Assembly: GCA_024408235.1 (NCBI GenBank) | Contig: JAKSVF010000001.1 | Span: 29,417-93,416 of the forward strand | DNA length: 64,000 nt | Source: Bacilli bacterium | GTDB taxonomy: Bacteria > Bacillota_I > Bacilli_A > RFN20 > CAG-826 | Reading direction: 5' to 3' | In this document: positions 31,657-41,694 of the stretch, piece by piece | How positions within the stretch are numbered: the first letter of the stretch is position 1 | Layout: each line of letters begins with the position of its first letter | Notes under the pieces: model-generated | Database searches by the model: none | What the model was told of the DNA's origin: nothing | What the model saw: only the letters and a program-made list of their open reading frames with translations | Translations under genes and position numbers: made by a program

Positions 31657-32166
31657 ATGATCACCATTTCTTTATTAGGCTTAGACCAATACGTGGCTGG
31701 CCACTACAGCAAGACGCACACAGAAAATCTCGCTCAGCTTTTCGAAGTTGATGAAGACGCAGTATCTTTCTATGCGCCAAATTCCATCATTATTCACAAT
31801 GGAGTAGAACAGACTTCATGGAACACCGAAGTCAGAGTTCACCTTCCTACAAAGTTCGCACCACTTGAAGAGAAGGTTGCCGATTACCTTATCCAGACCC
31901 TTAAGGAAATCACAATTAACATGAACATAACATTCGAGTATTACGAAGAGGCTAGCCACTACGAATACCAGAATGATGAATACCCTAAGTTCATCAGAGC
32001 CGACAACATCGTCGACATGGATGACCCATACGCAGAAGAAAACGAAGAGGAATACGATGGACCAACTCCAGAGCCTTACCTCGGAAATATATTCGCCGGC
32101 AAAGAGGAAGAGTTAGACGCTAAATATAGCGCTGATGAAGAATACCTCACTGAAGAAGATAAATAA
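31657..32166 (+). CDS. Hypothetical protein with an acidic C-terminus (occupies the usual def/fmt position of this conserved locus)
   Basis: ORF with GAGGA RBS 7 nt upstream. D/E-rich C-terminal 60 aa; no recognisable catalytic motif. Confidence 0.55.
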   Translation: MITISLLGLDQYVAGHYSKTHTENLAQLFEVDEDAVSFYAPNSIIIHNGVEQTSWNTEVRVHLPTKFAPLEEKVADYLIQTLKEITINMNITFEYYEEASHYEYQNDEYPKFIRADNIVDMDDPYAEENEEEYDGPTPEPYLGNIFAGKEEELDAKYSADEEYLTEEDK

Positions 32167-32179
32167 TGGGGAGAATAGT

Positions 32180-33499
32180 ATGCAGACATTAGATATTTGT
32201 GAAGCAGTATTAACAGACGTTCTTGCCAATGACGTCTCATTCGCTGACGCTCTCAAAAAGGTCTTTAAATCAAGCGTTGACCTCCGCCCTCAGAGAAATA
32301 CAGTCGCATCTTTGGTTGGATGTGAACTTCGTCACCATCTTCTCTTCTCTTATCTCTTGAAGCCAATTGAAGTTTTGACTGATGAAGAAAAGAGACTTGT
32401 CTCTTTATGTCTTGCTGAGTATTACTTCTATCAGAGACTCAACAAAGATGAAGTCGATAGCCACCTCCTTGCAAAACTTGGAGAAGAAAAAATTGAACTC
32501 CTCAAACCGTTATTCGATAAATCGGGTAAGCCTGAGGAATACATCCCAGCTGAGATATCAAAATCAAGCAACAAGTACTTATCATTAAGATACAACACCC
32601 CAGAATGGGTTCTTAAGATCATTGAGCATTATGGTTTCGGAACAACGTACAAAGTATTAAGAAAAAATGCTCAGCAGAGAATCTCGACCGTCCGTGTTAG
32701 AGAAGGCTTTGATAAGAATACAATAGATCCTAACGCTTTCAAAGGCTCACCTGTGCCAGGTATTTATTACTATCAGGGCAAGGAATCCCTAAGAAAACTA
32801 GAAGCCGCCAAAGAAGGCAAGATCTTCAATGAAAGACTAGCGACTAAATTTATCTTAGATAAATACAGAGTCAGCGATCCTTCAGAACTTTTCATCTTTG
32901 ATGGAAATGGCGATGGTTCAATCTTCAAAGAAGCAATCGAAACCTACGGCACAAAGATCGGAATGAACTTTGGAGTCTATTCCGAAGACAAGTATGCAGA
33001 TGTCGCTAGAATGATTAGAACCGAAGGCTTAAAGAACATTAACTACTTTGCAGCTGATCCAACATTCCTTGATGCAGCTATCTCTCGCCCACAGGATTTG
33101 GTAATCGTATCGCCTAAATCCACAAACTTTGATTTGATTAGAGAACAGCCAGATTATCTTCTTCACTTCAAGAAGAGCGAAATGGATGAACTCTTTAGAA
33201 AAGAGAAAGAAGCGCTTGAAGGCGTTTCTAAGGTTGTCGCAGATGATGGACTCCTCATCTACATGGTTTACACAATCAGCAAGAAAGAAGGCCACCAGAC
33301 GATCTCCGAATTCTTGCTCAACCACACAGAATTCAAGTTCGTTAAAGAAGAACAGCTCTTCCCTCAGGATGAACTCGACACAGCAATGTACTACGCTGTT
33401 CTCAAAAAAGAAGAGAATGCTATCATTCTTGATAACCCAGCATCATTGGCTAACCCATTAGAGGGAACGGCCTTCGCTATGTCAGCAAAGGAAAGATAG
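32180..33499 (+). CDS. Sun/RsmB-family protein (NusB-like N-domain plus Rossmann-fold MTase domain), predicted to be catalytically inactive
   Basis: Domain order and conserved context (priA...sun-rlmN-stp-stk). Aligns to the RsmB C-terminus, but the SAM motif DxCAAPGGKT reads FDGNGDGSIF, the PC motif reads SPKS, and the TC catalytic Cys reads VYTISK. Confidence 0.6.
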   Translation: MQTLDICEAVLTDVLANDVSFADALKKVFKSSVDLRPQRNTVASLVGCELRHHLLFSYLLKPIEVLTDEEKRLVSLCLAEYYFYQRLNKDEVDSHLLAKLGEEKIELLKPLFDKSGKPEEYIPAEISKSSNKYLSLRYNTPEWVLKIIEHYGFGTTYKVLRKNAQQRISTVRVREGFDKNTIDPNAFKGSPVPGIYYYQGKESLRKLEAAKEGKIFNERLATKFILDKYRVSDPSELFIFDGNGDGSIFKEAIETYGTKIGMNFGVYSEDKYADVARMIRTEGLKNINYFAADPTFLDAAISRPQDLVIVSPKSTNFDLIREQPDYLLHFKKSEMDELFRKEKEALEGVSKVVADDGLLIYMVYTISKKEGHQTISEFLLNHTEFKFVKEEQLFPQDELDTAMYYAVLKKEENAIILDNPASLANPLEGTAFAMSAKER

Positions 33500-33503
33500 A
33501 ATC

Positions 33504-34553
33504 ATGAAGAAGAATCTCTTTGGTTTTTCGCTTCCTGCTTTAGAAGAAGAAATGACAAGCCGTGGAGAAACTCGTTATAGAGCAAGACAGCTTTATGAGT
33601 GGATTTACGTTAAAAAAGTCTATGACTTCTCGTTAATGACAGATATATCCAAGAATTTCAGAAAAGTTCTTGAGGAAGAATATTGCTTGGACTTGCCAAC
33701 AATTTTCACACGCCAAAATGCCGCTGACGGAACCGTCAAGTTATTACTTGAGATGGAAGATCATTCAAAGGTTGAGACGGTCCTTATGAGATATGATTAC
33801 GGCAATGTCATCTGCGTATCGTCTCAAGTCGGATGCTCAATGGCTTGTGCTTTTTGCGCCTCCGGAATTCTAGCCAAGACAAGAAACCTTACTGCATCGG
33901 AAATGGTAGGGGAAGTCATTCTTATGAACCAGTTACTTGCTGAAGAGGGTGAGAATATCTCCCATATCGTTGTAATGGGAACCGGTGAGCCATTTGACAA
34001 TTACGATAACGTAATGTCATTTGTGAGAGTCATGAATGAGCAAAGGGGCCTTGCGATTGGTGCAAGACACATAACCGTCTCCACATGCGGCCTTGTCGAT
34101 GGCATCAGGAAATACGCTAACGAGGGAATTCAAATCAATCTTGCGATTTCTCTCCATGCCCCAAATGATGAAATCAGAAATCAGATAATGCCAATTTCAA
34201 GAAAATACAACATGGATGAGCTTCTCGATGCAGTTAAATACTATGTTGAAACAGCAGGGCGCAGAGTCACTTTTGAATATATCATGATCAAAGGTCTTAA
34301 CGACTCAATTGAGAATGCTGATGAACTTGCTAGAAGACTCAGGGGAATTTTCTGTTACGTTAACCTCATTCCGCTGAATCCAGTTAAAGAAAAACCGTTT
34401 GAAAGAAGCGAAAATGTCCACGCTTTCAATAGGCGTTTAAACGATAAAGGTGTCAACTGTACTGTAAGAAAAGAGTTCGGTACAGATATTGATGCCGCTT
34501 GTGGACAACTCAGAGTTAAATATGAGAGGAAGGGGAAGAACTATGGCAACTAA
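33504..34553 (+). CDS. rlmN: 23S rRNA m2A2503 / tRNA m2A37 methyltransferase, radical SAM
   Basis: Radical-SAM Cys cluster CSMACAFC, the MGTGEP motif, and a C-terminal CGQL. Confidence 0.92.
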   Translation: MKKNLFGFSLPALEEEMTSRGETRYRARQLYEWIYVKKVYDFSLMTDISKNFRKVLEEEYCLDLPTIFTRQNAADGTVKLLLEMEDHSKVETVLMRYDYGNVICVSSQVGCSMACAFCASGILAKTRNLTASEMVGEVILMNQLLAEEGENISHIVVMGTGEPFDNYDNVMSFVRVMNEQRGLAIGARHITVSTCGLVDGIRKYANEGIQINLAISLHAPNDEIRNQIMPISRKYNMDELLDAVKYYVETAGRRVTFEYIMIKGLNDSIENADELARRLRGIFCYVNLIPLNPVKEKPFERSENVHAFNRRLNDKGVNCTVRKEFGTDIDAACGQLRVKYERKGKNYGN

Positions 34554-35295
34554 ATACCGTGGAAGCTATGGATATAAAGTCCATCCAGGCAAAGTTCGCA
34601 CAAACAACGAAGACCAGGCGTCCGTTTTGATGAATCCAGATGGTGAAATCCTTCTTGTCGTTTGCGATGGAATGGGCGGATCACAGAAAGGTGATGTTGC
34701 CTCAAGAATGGCGATCGACATCATAACCAAATCATTCCCCTCAAAGAAAAAACATGTTTTTGCGAGCGCTGATAAGGCTTGGCTTACAAAAATTGCTAAG
34801 AAGGCAAATTCCGCTATCTACGAAACAGCCGATAAGAATCCTAGGTATAAAGGTATGGGAACTACGCTTGTTGCGGCCCTTATCTCTAATAAGAGGATGA
34901 TTGTTGTCTCCATTGGCGATAGCCGTTGCTATTGTTTAAAAGACGGTGAAATTAAACAACTGACAGAGGATCAGACCTATGTTCAGATGTTAATCAACAC
35001 CGGAAAGATCACTCCAGAAGAAGCCCTTACTCATCCAAAGAGACACGTTCTTTTGAACGCGATGGGCATCTATCCGTCATTATCAATCGACATCAAACAA
35101 TATAAATACCGTGGGGAAACAATTTTATTATGCACTGATGGTTTATATAACCAGGTTCCAGCGGATGAGATAAAGGCAATTCTCTCAAGCGATGAGAGAG
35201 TTGACCAGAAACCAATATCACTAATCATCGCCGCTAACGCACACGGCGGAAGCGACAACATTGGAGTTGCTGTTTGGGAGACTGAAGCACAATGA
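34543..35295 (+). CDS. stp: PP2C-family Ser/Thr protein phosphatase
   Basis: VVCDGMGG and GGSDNI motifs. AGGGGAAG RBS. Overlaps rlmN at its start and stk at its end. Confidence 0.88.
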   Translation: MATKYRGSYGYKVHPGKVRTNNEDQASVLMNPDGEILLVVCDGMGGSQKGDVASRMAIDIITKSFPSKKKHVFASADKAWLTKIAKKANSAIYETADKNPRYKGMGTTLVAALISNKRMIVVSIGDSRCYCLKDGEIKQLTEDQTYVQMLINTGKITPEEALTHPKRHVLLNAMGIYPSLSIDIKQYKYRGETILLCTDGLYNQVPADEIKAILSSDERVDQKPISLIIAANAHGGSDNIGVAVWETEAQ

Positions 35296-36173
35296 TAGAG
35301 ATCGGAAGTAAAATAGACGGTCGCTATCGTGTAACCGGTCGTATCGCTCACGGCGGTATGGCAGATGTCTACGAGGGCTTTGATTCACTATCCCATCGCT
35401 ATGTCGCAATCAAGGTCATGCGAGTCGATTGCATGGCTGACCCAGAAAATATCAAGCGTTTTAGAAAAGAGTGCGAGGCATGCGCTTGTTTTAATTCGCC
35501 TCATATCGTCCGCATCTATGGTCAGGGCACTGTTGATGGTGGACGCCCTTACATGATTAACGAGTATGTTGAGGGCAGAACTTTAAGAGATAAATTGAAC
35601 ATGGTTGAAAACCATTGTTTAAGCGCTAGAGAAGCATGTGAATTCATGGTGCAGCTTTGCCTTGGAATGCAATACGTCCATGATCATGGAGTTGTTCATC
35701 GTGACATCAAGCCGGATAACATGTTCTACGCCGCAGACGGCTCTGTCAAAATCACCGACTTCGGAATTTCCAGTCATGTCGGCGAAAAAGCAAATAGAGA
35801 AGCCATTCCTGGAACGCTATTCTATACGGCTCCAGAAATCATCACAGGAGGAGACCCTCTCATCCAATCTGACATTTTTTCGATGGGTGTAGTTTTCTAT
35901 GAGATGCTAACGGGCAAACTCCCTTTCAGCGGGGAAGATAAGAAAGCTGTCGTAAGCGCAATCGTTAAAAAGAGCGCTCCAATTCCATCAGATGAGTATT
36001 CTTCGATTCCTAAAGCGGTTGATAGAATCGTCATTAAATGCCTTCGCAAGAGACATCAAGAGAGATATCAGAACTGCAATCAACTTAGAAGAGCGATCGA
36101 ATCTGTCCTTAAGGACAAGAATGCTTTTAAGGAAAAGAAATCACTCTTATCAAAGATATTTGGATTCAAATAA
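35292..36173 (+). CDS. stk: Ser/Thr protein kinase, kinase domain only (no TM segment or PASTA repeats)
   Basis: Hanks motifs VAIK, HRDIKPDN, DFGIS, APE. The 293-aa length ends right after the kinase domain. Confidence 0.85.
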   Translation: MIEIGSKIDGRYRVTGRIAHGGMADVYEGFDSLSHRYVAIKVMRVDCMADPENIKRFRKECEACACFNSPHIVRIYGQGTVDGGRPYMINEYVEGRTLRDKLNMVENHCLSAREACEFMVQLCLGMQYVHDHGVVHRDIKPDNMFYAADGSVKITDFGISSHVGEKANREAIPGTLFYTAPEIITGGDPLIQSDIFSMGVVFYEMLTGKLPFSGEDKKAVVSAIVKKSAPIPSDEYSSIPKAVDRIVIKCLRKRHQERYQNCNQLRRAIESVLKDKNAFKEKKSLLSKIFGFK

Positions 36174-36176
36174 ACA

Positions 36177-36842
36177 ATGGGAAATTATAAGAACAAAACA
36201 ACATATATAGCCCCATCTATTCTCGCTGCAGATCCGAATAGAATCGAAGACGAAATAGCGTTGATAAAGACTTCGAAGGCTGCATTCGTCCATATAGACA
36301 TAATGGATGGAAAATTCGTTAGAGCGACGACTTTTAATGATGATTTCGTAAAAAGGGTAATCGACGTTTCTGATCGTCTAGTCAAGGATGTCCATATAAT
36401 GGTGGAAGAGCCGTGGATTATCGGTCCTAAGTTTGCAAAGATGGGTGCATCTATTGTCACGTTCCACTATGAGGCGTGCGGAGATGACCAGGTCGTTTTT
36501 AAGACTATCAAAGCCATAAGAGACGCCGGCTCTAAAGTCGGAATATCAATCAAGCCTAATACGCCAGTAGAAGTATTGAATCCTTTTCTTGACCAAATCG
36601 ACCTTGTTCTTATTATGACGGTAGAACCTGGCGCTGGTGGCCAATCGTTCATGGCAGATATGATGGTGAAAGTTAAGAAACTCTCATCAATTGATGGCCG
36701 TAAGTTTTTGATTGAGTGCGATGGTGGAATAAAAGACACCACCGTCTCAATCGTTAAAGAAGCTGGAGCCGACGTTTTGGTCGCTGGTTCATATTTATTC
36801 GGTCATAAAGATTTTAAAGAAAGAGTGGAGACCCTTTTATAA
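36177..36842 (+). CDS. rpe: Ribulose-phosphate 3-epimerase
   Basis: IAPSILAAD N-terminus, HIDIMDG, and a TIM-barrel epimerase signature. Confidence 0.9.
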   Translation: MGNYKNKTTYIAPSILAADPNRIEDEIALIKTSKAAFVHIDIMDGKFVRATTFNDDFVKRVIDVSDRLVKDVHIMVEEPWIIGPKFAKMGASIVTFHYEACGDDQVVFKTIKAIRDAGSKVGISIKPNTPVEVLNPFLDQIDLVLIMTVEPGAGGQSFMADMMVKVKKLSSIDGRKFLIECDGGIKDTTVSIVKEAGADVLVAGSYLFGHKDFKERVETLL

Positions 36843-37516
36843 TGCCTATTTCATATTTCATCTTATTTACTGCCGTGCCTGCTATCATGTTAGCGGCCTT
36901 CCTAATCACCGTTTTCTTCGGTTACAAAAAAGAAGGAGAGGAATACTCCCTCAAAGCTTATTTGACTTATGAGGCCTTCGAGAGAATGAATCCGGCTACA
37001 AGGGTTATAGCGCGCATACTATATTTTATATATTTAGCCTCGCTACTTCCTTTCTATGCCTATGTCATTAAATATAGTGGTGGATATAACGATCAACTCG
37101 TATTATTCTCCGTCTTCAACTTATTGGCAGGAGTTGTAGCAGTTGGTATAAGCGTTGCCCTTACGTATGTAAAAGCAACATTGCCTCAGCCTCATCTATT
37201 CCTTGCGATAGGTCATGGGCTGGTGGTTGTCGTAAATGCGTTCACAATGTCTAGCGTATTGAATCTCATCAGAACGGCTAACATGGTAAGTTCAAGATAT
37301 GACATATTCATATTGATCGTCATCGTTCTCCTTATACTCATAGCGACATTTGTCATCCTCTTATTCGTGAAGAGGGATGTCTATTCTTGGGAATATGTAG
37401 AGAAAGAAGGTAAGAGAAGTTTCTTTGCCTTAGCGTTCACGGAATGGTTAGTAGTATTCTTCAATCTTGCCGTCTACTTAATAAGCGTCATCTCATTATT
37501 TGTTATCAATTGCTAA
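36842..37516 (+). CDS. Hypothetical polytopic membrane protein (6 predicted TM segments)
   Basis: Hydrophobicity pattern; ATGA overlap with rpe. Confidence 0.5.
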   Translation: MPISYFILFTAVPAIMLAAFLITVFFGYKKEGEEYSLKAYLTYEAFERMNPATRVIARILYFIYLASLLPFYAYVIKYSGGYNDQLVLFSVFNLLAGVVAVGISVALTYVKATLPQPHLFLAIGHGLVVVVNAFTMSSVLNLIRTANMVSSRYDIFILIVIVLLILIATFVILLFVKRDVYSWEYVEKEGKRSFFALAFTEWLVVFFNLAVYLISVISLFVINC

Positions 37517-37529
37517 AAGCGATAAAAAA

Positions 37530-37556
37530 GAAGCGGGGTTCCCGCTTCTATTTTTC
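37530..37556. terminator. Bidirectional intrinsic terminator
   Basis: GAAGCGGG-GTT-CCCGCTTC 8-bp stem flanked by an A-run upstream and a T-run downstream. Serves the + membrane-protein gene and the convergent rpmB. Confidence 0.7.
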
Positions 37557-37574
37557 TTTGGTAAGAAGAACTAA

Positions 37575-37772
37575 TTACTCAGCTTCTTTAGCGCTCTTGT
37601 TGAGTGAGCGATAAGCACGAGCACTCATCTTAACAGTAACAACTTTACCGTTGACGTTGAGTTTGTACTTGTGAAGGTTGACGTTCCAAACACGTCTTGT
37701 TGCTCTAACAGAGTGGGAACGATTGTTTCCGCTCATTGGTCCTTTACCTGTGATCTGGCATACTCTTGACAT
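37575..37772 (-). CDS. rpmB: 50S ribosomal protein L28
   Basis: MSRVCQITGKGPMSGNNRSHS matches the L28 N-terminus. AAGGAG RBS upstream of the ATG at 37772; the longer ORF to 37814 was rejected. Confidence 0.88.
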   Translation of the reverse strand: MSRVCQITGKGPMSGNNRSHSVRATRRVWNVNLHKYKLNVNGKVVTVKMSARAYRSLNKSAKEAE

Positions 37773-37917
37773 AATTAATTCACTCCTTTTCGGGTTACGA
37801 CTCGAAAATCGCATTTAGGAATATACCACTATGGAAGCAATTGGGCAACCAAATATTAAAATATTTTAGATAAAACACCGAATATGAAGAAAATATAGCA
37901 GGATACGCAAAGGAAAA

Positions 37918-37946
37918 GGTTCATTTCATAGATATTGTGATACAAT
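37918..37946 (+). promoter_or_regulatory. Candidate glgC promoter with an extended -10 (TGaTACAAT)
   Basis: TG at 37938-37939 and a TACAAT hexamer at 37941-37946. Weak -35 GGTTCA 17 bp upstream. Confidence 0.35.
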
Positions 37947-37973
37947 ATAGGCACAATTTTTGGAGGGAAAATT

Positions 37974-39104
37974 ATGAGCACCAAATTGGCAGCTATGATT
38001 CTCGCAGGCGGAAAGGGCACAAGATTGTTGGCTTTAACGAAGAAAGTCGCGAAGCCAGCTGTTTCTTATGGAGGAAAGTATCGCATTATCGACTTCCCAC
38101 TTTCAAACTGCGCAAACACAGGAATCACCTGTGTATCTGTTTTGACCCAATATGAGTCAAGCGAACTTAACACCTATGTCGGAAACGGTGAGAAGTGGGG
38201 ATTGAATGGAGTTAGATCAATCACCTCTGTTTTAACACCTAAACAGACAGACGAAGGCAGCAACTGGTATAGAGGCACCGCAGACGCTATCTATCAGAAC
38301 ATCGACTGGCTTGATGGAGTCAACCCTGAGTATGTTTTAATCCTTTCGGGTGACCACATCTATTCATGCACATATAACGGCATGCTTAAGAAACACATTG
38401 AGAATAAGGCGGACTGCACGATTGCAGTTTATGAGGTTCCATGGGCAGAAGCTCCACGTTTCGGAATCCTTGTAACAGACGACAAAGATAATATCGTCGA
38501 CTTCCAAGAGAAGCCAAAAAACCCAGTAAGCAACCTTGCTTCTATGGGTATCTATATCTTCACATACAAGACATTAAGAGCAGCTCTTTTAGCTGATGCA
38601 GCAGACCCAAATTCAGAACACGACTTCGGCAAGAACATCATCCCAACAATGATGGCACAGAAGAAAAAGATGGTTGCTTACACTTATTCAGGATACTGGA
38701 AAGATGTCGGTACAGTCTCTTCGTTGCATGAGGCAAATATGGACTTACTTTTATCCGGAGACCCAAACATCAACCTTTATAAGGTCCAGGGTGATAACAA
38801 GATTTATTCCGAAGACAATCACTCGCTTCCACAGTACATTGGACCTGATGCGATCGTTAAGGATTCGCTCGTTAACCAAGGCGCATCAATCTTAGGCAAC
38901 ATCGATCACTGTGTTGTTTCAAGCGATGCAACAGTTGAAGCGGGTGCGAGCTGCAAGAACTGCGTCATTATGAATGGCGCCGTCATTAAATCAGGCGTCA
39001 ACGCAGCGAATGCGATCATCGGCCAGAACACCCTTGTCGATGAAGATGTAAACGGCGAGCCAGGAAACATCGAACTTGTCGTTAATGGAAAGGCAGGTAA
39101 ATAA
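37974..39104 (+). CDS. glgC: Glucose-1-phosphate adenylyltransferase
   Basis: N-terminus AMILAGGKGTRL...PAVSYGGKYRIIDFPLSN. C-terminal left-handed beta-helix. Confidence 0.92.
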   Translation: MSTKLAAMILAGGKGTRLLALTKKVAKPAVSYGGKYRIIDFPLSNCANTGITCVSVLTQYESSELNTYVGNGEKWGLNGVRSITSVLTPKQTDEGSNWYRGTADAIYQNIDWLDGVNPEYVLILSGDHIYSCTYNGMLKKHIENKADCTIAVYEVPWAEAPRFGILVTDDKDNIVDFQEKPKNPVSNLASMGIYIFTYKTLRAALLADAADPNSEHDFGKNIIPTMMAQKKKMVAYTYSGYWKDVGTVSSLHEANMDLLLSGDPNINLYKVQGDNKIYSEDNHSLPQYIGPDAIVKDSLVNQGASILGNIDHCVVSSDATVEAGASCKNCVIMNGAVIKSGVNAANAIIGQNTLVDEDVNGEPGNIELVVNGKAGK

Positions 39105-39105
39105 C

Positions 39106-40224
39106 ATGAAAGGCGTATTAGGTATTCTCGATTGCCATAACTCATGCTCACTTGGCGAATTGACTATGGATCGTCCATTGGCATCCGTAAGCTTCCTCGG
39201 AAGATACGCGATTTGCGATTTTCCTCTTTCCAATTTCTGCAATTCAGGAATTGATAACGTCGGAATCTTAGTTAAAGAGCACCAGAGATCCATCTTGAAA
39301 CACCTTGGCAACTCCATGTCATGGGTCAATAACACAAAGATGGGCCACATCAACGTTTTCTACAATGAAAAAGGACAGGTTAACCCTTCATACAACACTG
39401 ACTTAGCTAACTTGAAGGAAAACGATTGGGTCATTATTACTTCAGGCTGTAAATACATCGTTATTCAGTCCGCAGACGTAATCACAAACACCGACCTCAC
39501 ACCATTCATCGAAGAACATATTGAAAGAGGTGAGAAGATCACCACTCTCTATCATGAAATCGATGATGCAGACAAACAGTGGTTTGGCGGTAACACATAC
39601 GAGATTGATAGCGATGGTTGCCTTATCTCAACAAAGCCAAACGATGGCTCTGAGAAAAAGGCAAAAGTCGCGCTCGGCACTTGGATCATTAATAGAGATG
39701 CGTTACAGACAATCTTTGATGAATCCGCAAAAGTATCAGCTTCATGGGGATTAAAGGAAATGATGGGATACCTTGCTGAGAATGGCATCTTCAACATCCA
39801 CTGCGTTAAGCACGAAGGATATGTTAGAAGAATGGATTCCCTCCAGCATTATGTCGACTACTCATTCGAACTTCTAAATAGAGATGTCGCAAAACAGCTC
39901 TTCGTTCCTGAAAGACCAATTTACACAACTACACACGATACGGCTCCAGCCCTCTATGGAGTTGATTCTAAAGTTGCTAACTCATTCGTTGCAAACGGAT
40001 GCGTTGTTGAAGGAGAAGTTGAGAATTCAATCATCTGCCGTGATGTTAAAGTCGGCAAAGGAGCAAAGGTCAGCAACTCCATCCTCTTATCCAACGTTTG
40101 GGTCTTAGACGGCGCTAACGTTGATAATGTCATCATCGATAAATATTCAACAGTCCTTGAGAAACACACCATCGCAGGAGACAAGGCTAACCTTATCTAC
40201 ATCAGACAAGGAGCCAAGATCTAA
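39106..40224 (+). CDS. glgD: Glucose-1-phosphate adenylyltransferase regulatory (non-catalytic) subunit
   Basis: Paralogous to GlgC (FLGRYAICDFPLSN) but with a degenerate nucleotide-binding loop. Position between glgC and glgA as in Firmicutes. Confidence 0.8.
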   Translation: MKGVLGILDCHNSCSLGELTMDRPLASVSFLGRYAICDFPLSNFCNSGIDNVGILVKEHQRSILKHLGNSMSWVNNTKMGHINVFYNEKGQVNPSYNTDLANLKENDWVIITSGCKYIVIQSADVITNTDLTPFIEEHIERGEKITTLYHEIDDADKQWFGGNTYEIDSDGCLISTKPNDGSEKKAKVALGTWIINRDALQTIFDESAKVSASWGLKEMMGYLAENGIFNIHCVKHEGYVRRMDSLQHYVDYSFELLNRDVAKQLFVPERPIYTTTHDTAPALYGVDSKVANSFVANGCVVEGEVENSIICRDVKVGKGAKVSNSILLSNVWVLDGANVDNVIIDKYSTVLEKHTIAGDKANLIYIRQGAKI

Positions 40225-41663
40225 TGAAGATAGCTATGTTCTCATCCGAGGCCAACCCGCTCGCAAAGTCAGGTGGTCTCGCAGACGTTGCTTACTCTCT
40301 TTCAAAAGAACTTGTGAAAATGGGTCACGACGTAATCCTCGTGATGCCACTTTACAAGGCGATGTGGAAGAAAGAAAAGCAGTACAAGTACAAGAAAGTA
40401 GATGAATTTGAAGTTTCTCTCTCATGGAGAAAAAACACCGCAACAATCTACACAACAACAATTGACGGCATCAAATATTACCTCGTATCGAATGGTCCAT
40501 ATTTCGAGAGAGATAACCTTTATAGCTATCCAGATGACACTGAAAGATTTGCTTTCTATCAAATCGCTTCAGTCATGCTTTTGAATAGGCTTAAATACCA
40601 GGCAGACATCATTCATGTCCACGATCACCAGGCAAGCTTCATTCCTGTCCTCATCAAGGAAAAGGAAGGAGATAACCCGTTGTTCTCAAAGACAAAATTT
40701 GTCTTAACCATTCATAACCCAGCCTTCAGAGGTGAGTTTGACAAGTTCTATCTCGGCGACTTCTATGGTCTCCCAGATTCAATCTATGACAGCGGCGCTG
40801 TTAGATTCAACAACATGGTCTCAACCCTCAAGGCCGCTATGATTTATTGCGACAAGATCACAACCGTTTCTCCAACTCATAGAAACGAGCTTCTCGATCC
40901 AAATTCAGAATTCCATCTTAACGGTGTTCTTGACTGGAGATACGATGATTTTGTCGGAATCGTCAATGGCATCGATATTAAGGAATGGGATTCTAGAAAA
41001 GATCCTAAGATTGAATTCAATTACGGAATCACAAACCTTGAAGAAGGCAAACACGCAAACCAGGCTGCGCTTCTCAAATCCATGAATCTAAAATTCTACG
41101 GCGGACCAGTCTATGGACTTGTTTCGCGTTTATCATGGCAGAAGGGCATCGGCCTCGTCGTTGAGTCAATGAGAAAGGCTCTTAGACAAGGCGCTAACCT
41201 CGTTGTTCTAGGCTCTGGCGAATACGAGCTTGAACAGCAAATGGAGGAATTGAGGAGAGAATTCCCTGACACATGTGGCATTTACATCGGCTATTCAGAC
41301 GATCTTGCTCACAAGATTTATGCTGGCTGCGATTTCTTCCTCATGCCATCTCTCTTTGAACCTTGTGGAATCTCTCAGATGGTATCTCAGAGATATGGTA
41401 CATTACCTATCGTAAGATACACCGGAGGACTTGCCGACACCGTTGAAGGATATGTTGGGGACAACATAAATTCATCTAATGGAATCGGTTTCAATAACTA
41501 TGATGCAATGGGAATGGATTATGCTATTGGCATGAGTAGAGCACTTTATGCTGACCAGAAATCATTCTACAAGGTCGCAAGAAACGCTATGAGACTTGAC
41601 CGTTCATGGGCACAGTCTGCAAAGAACTACGAAGACTTATACATCGCAGCTCTTACAAAATAA
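40224..41663 (+). CDS. glgA: Glycogen synthase (ADP-glucose type, GT5)
   Basis: N-terminus [22 protein letters not shown] containing the KxGGL motif. Confidence 0.92.
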   Translation: MKIAMFSSEANPLAKSGGLADVAYSLSKELVKMGHDVILVMPLYKAMWKKEKQYKYKKVDEFEVSLSWRKNTATIYTTTIDGIKYYLVSNGPYFERDNLYSYPDDTERFAFYQIASVMLLNRLKYQADIIHVHDHQASFIPVLIKEKEGDNPLFSKTKFVLTIHNPAFRGEFDKFYLGDFYGLPDSIYDSGAVRFNNMVSTLKAAMIYCDKITTVSPTHRNELLDPNSEFHLNGVLDWRYDDFVGIVNGIDIKEWDSRKDPKIEFNYGITNLEEGKHANQAALLKSMNLKFYGGPVYGLVSRLSWQKGIGLVVESMRKALRQGANLVVLGSGEYELEQQMEELRREFPDTCGIYIGYSDDLAHKIYAGCDFFLMPSLFEPCGISQMVSQRYGTLPIVRYTGGLADTVEGYVGDNINSSNGIGFNNYDAMGMDYAIGMSRALYADQKSFYKVARNAMRLDRSWAQSAKNYEDLYIAALTK

Positions 41664-41694
41664 CCAACTCATCATTTATAAAAAGGAGTCTAAC

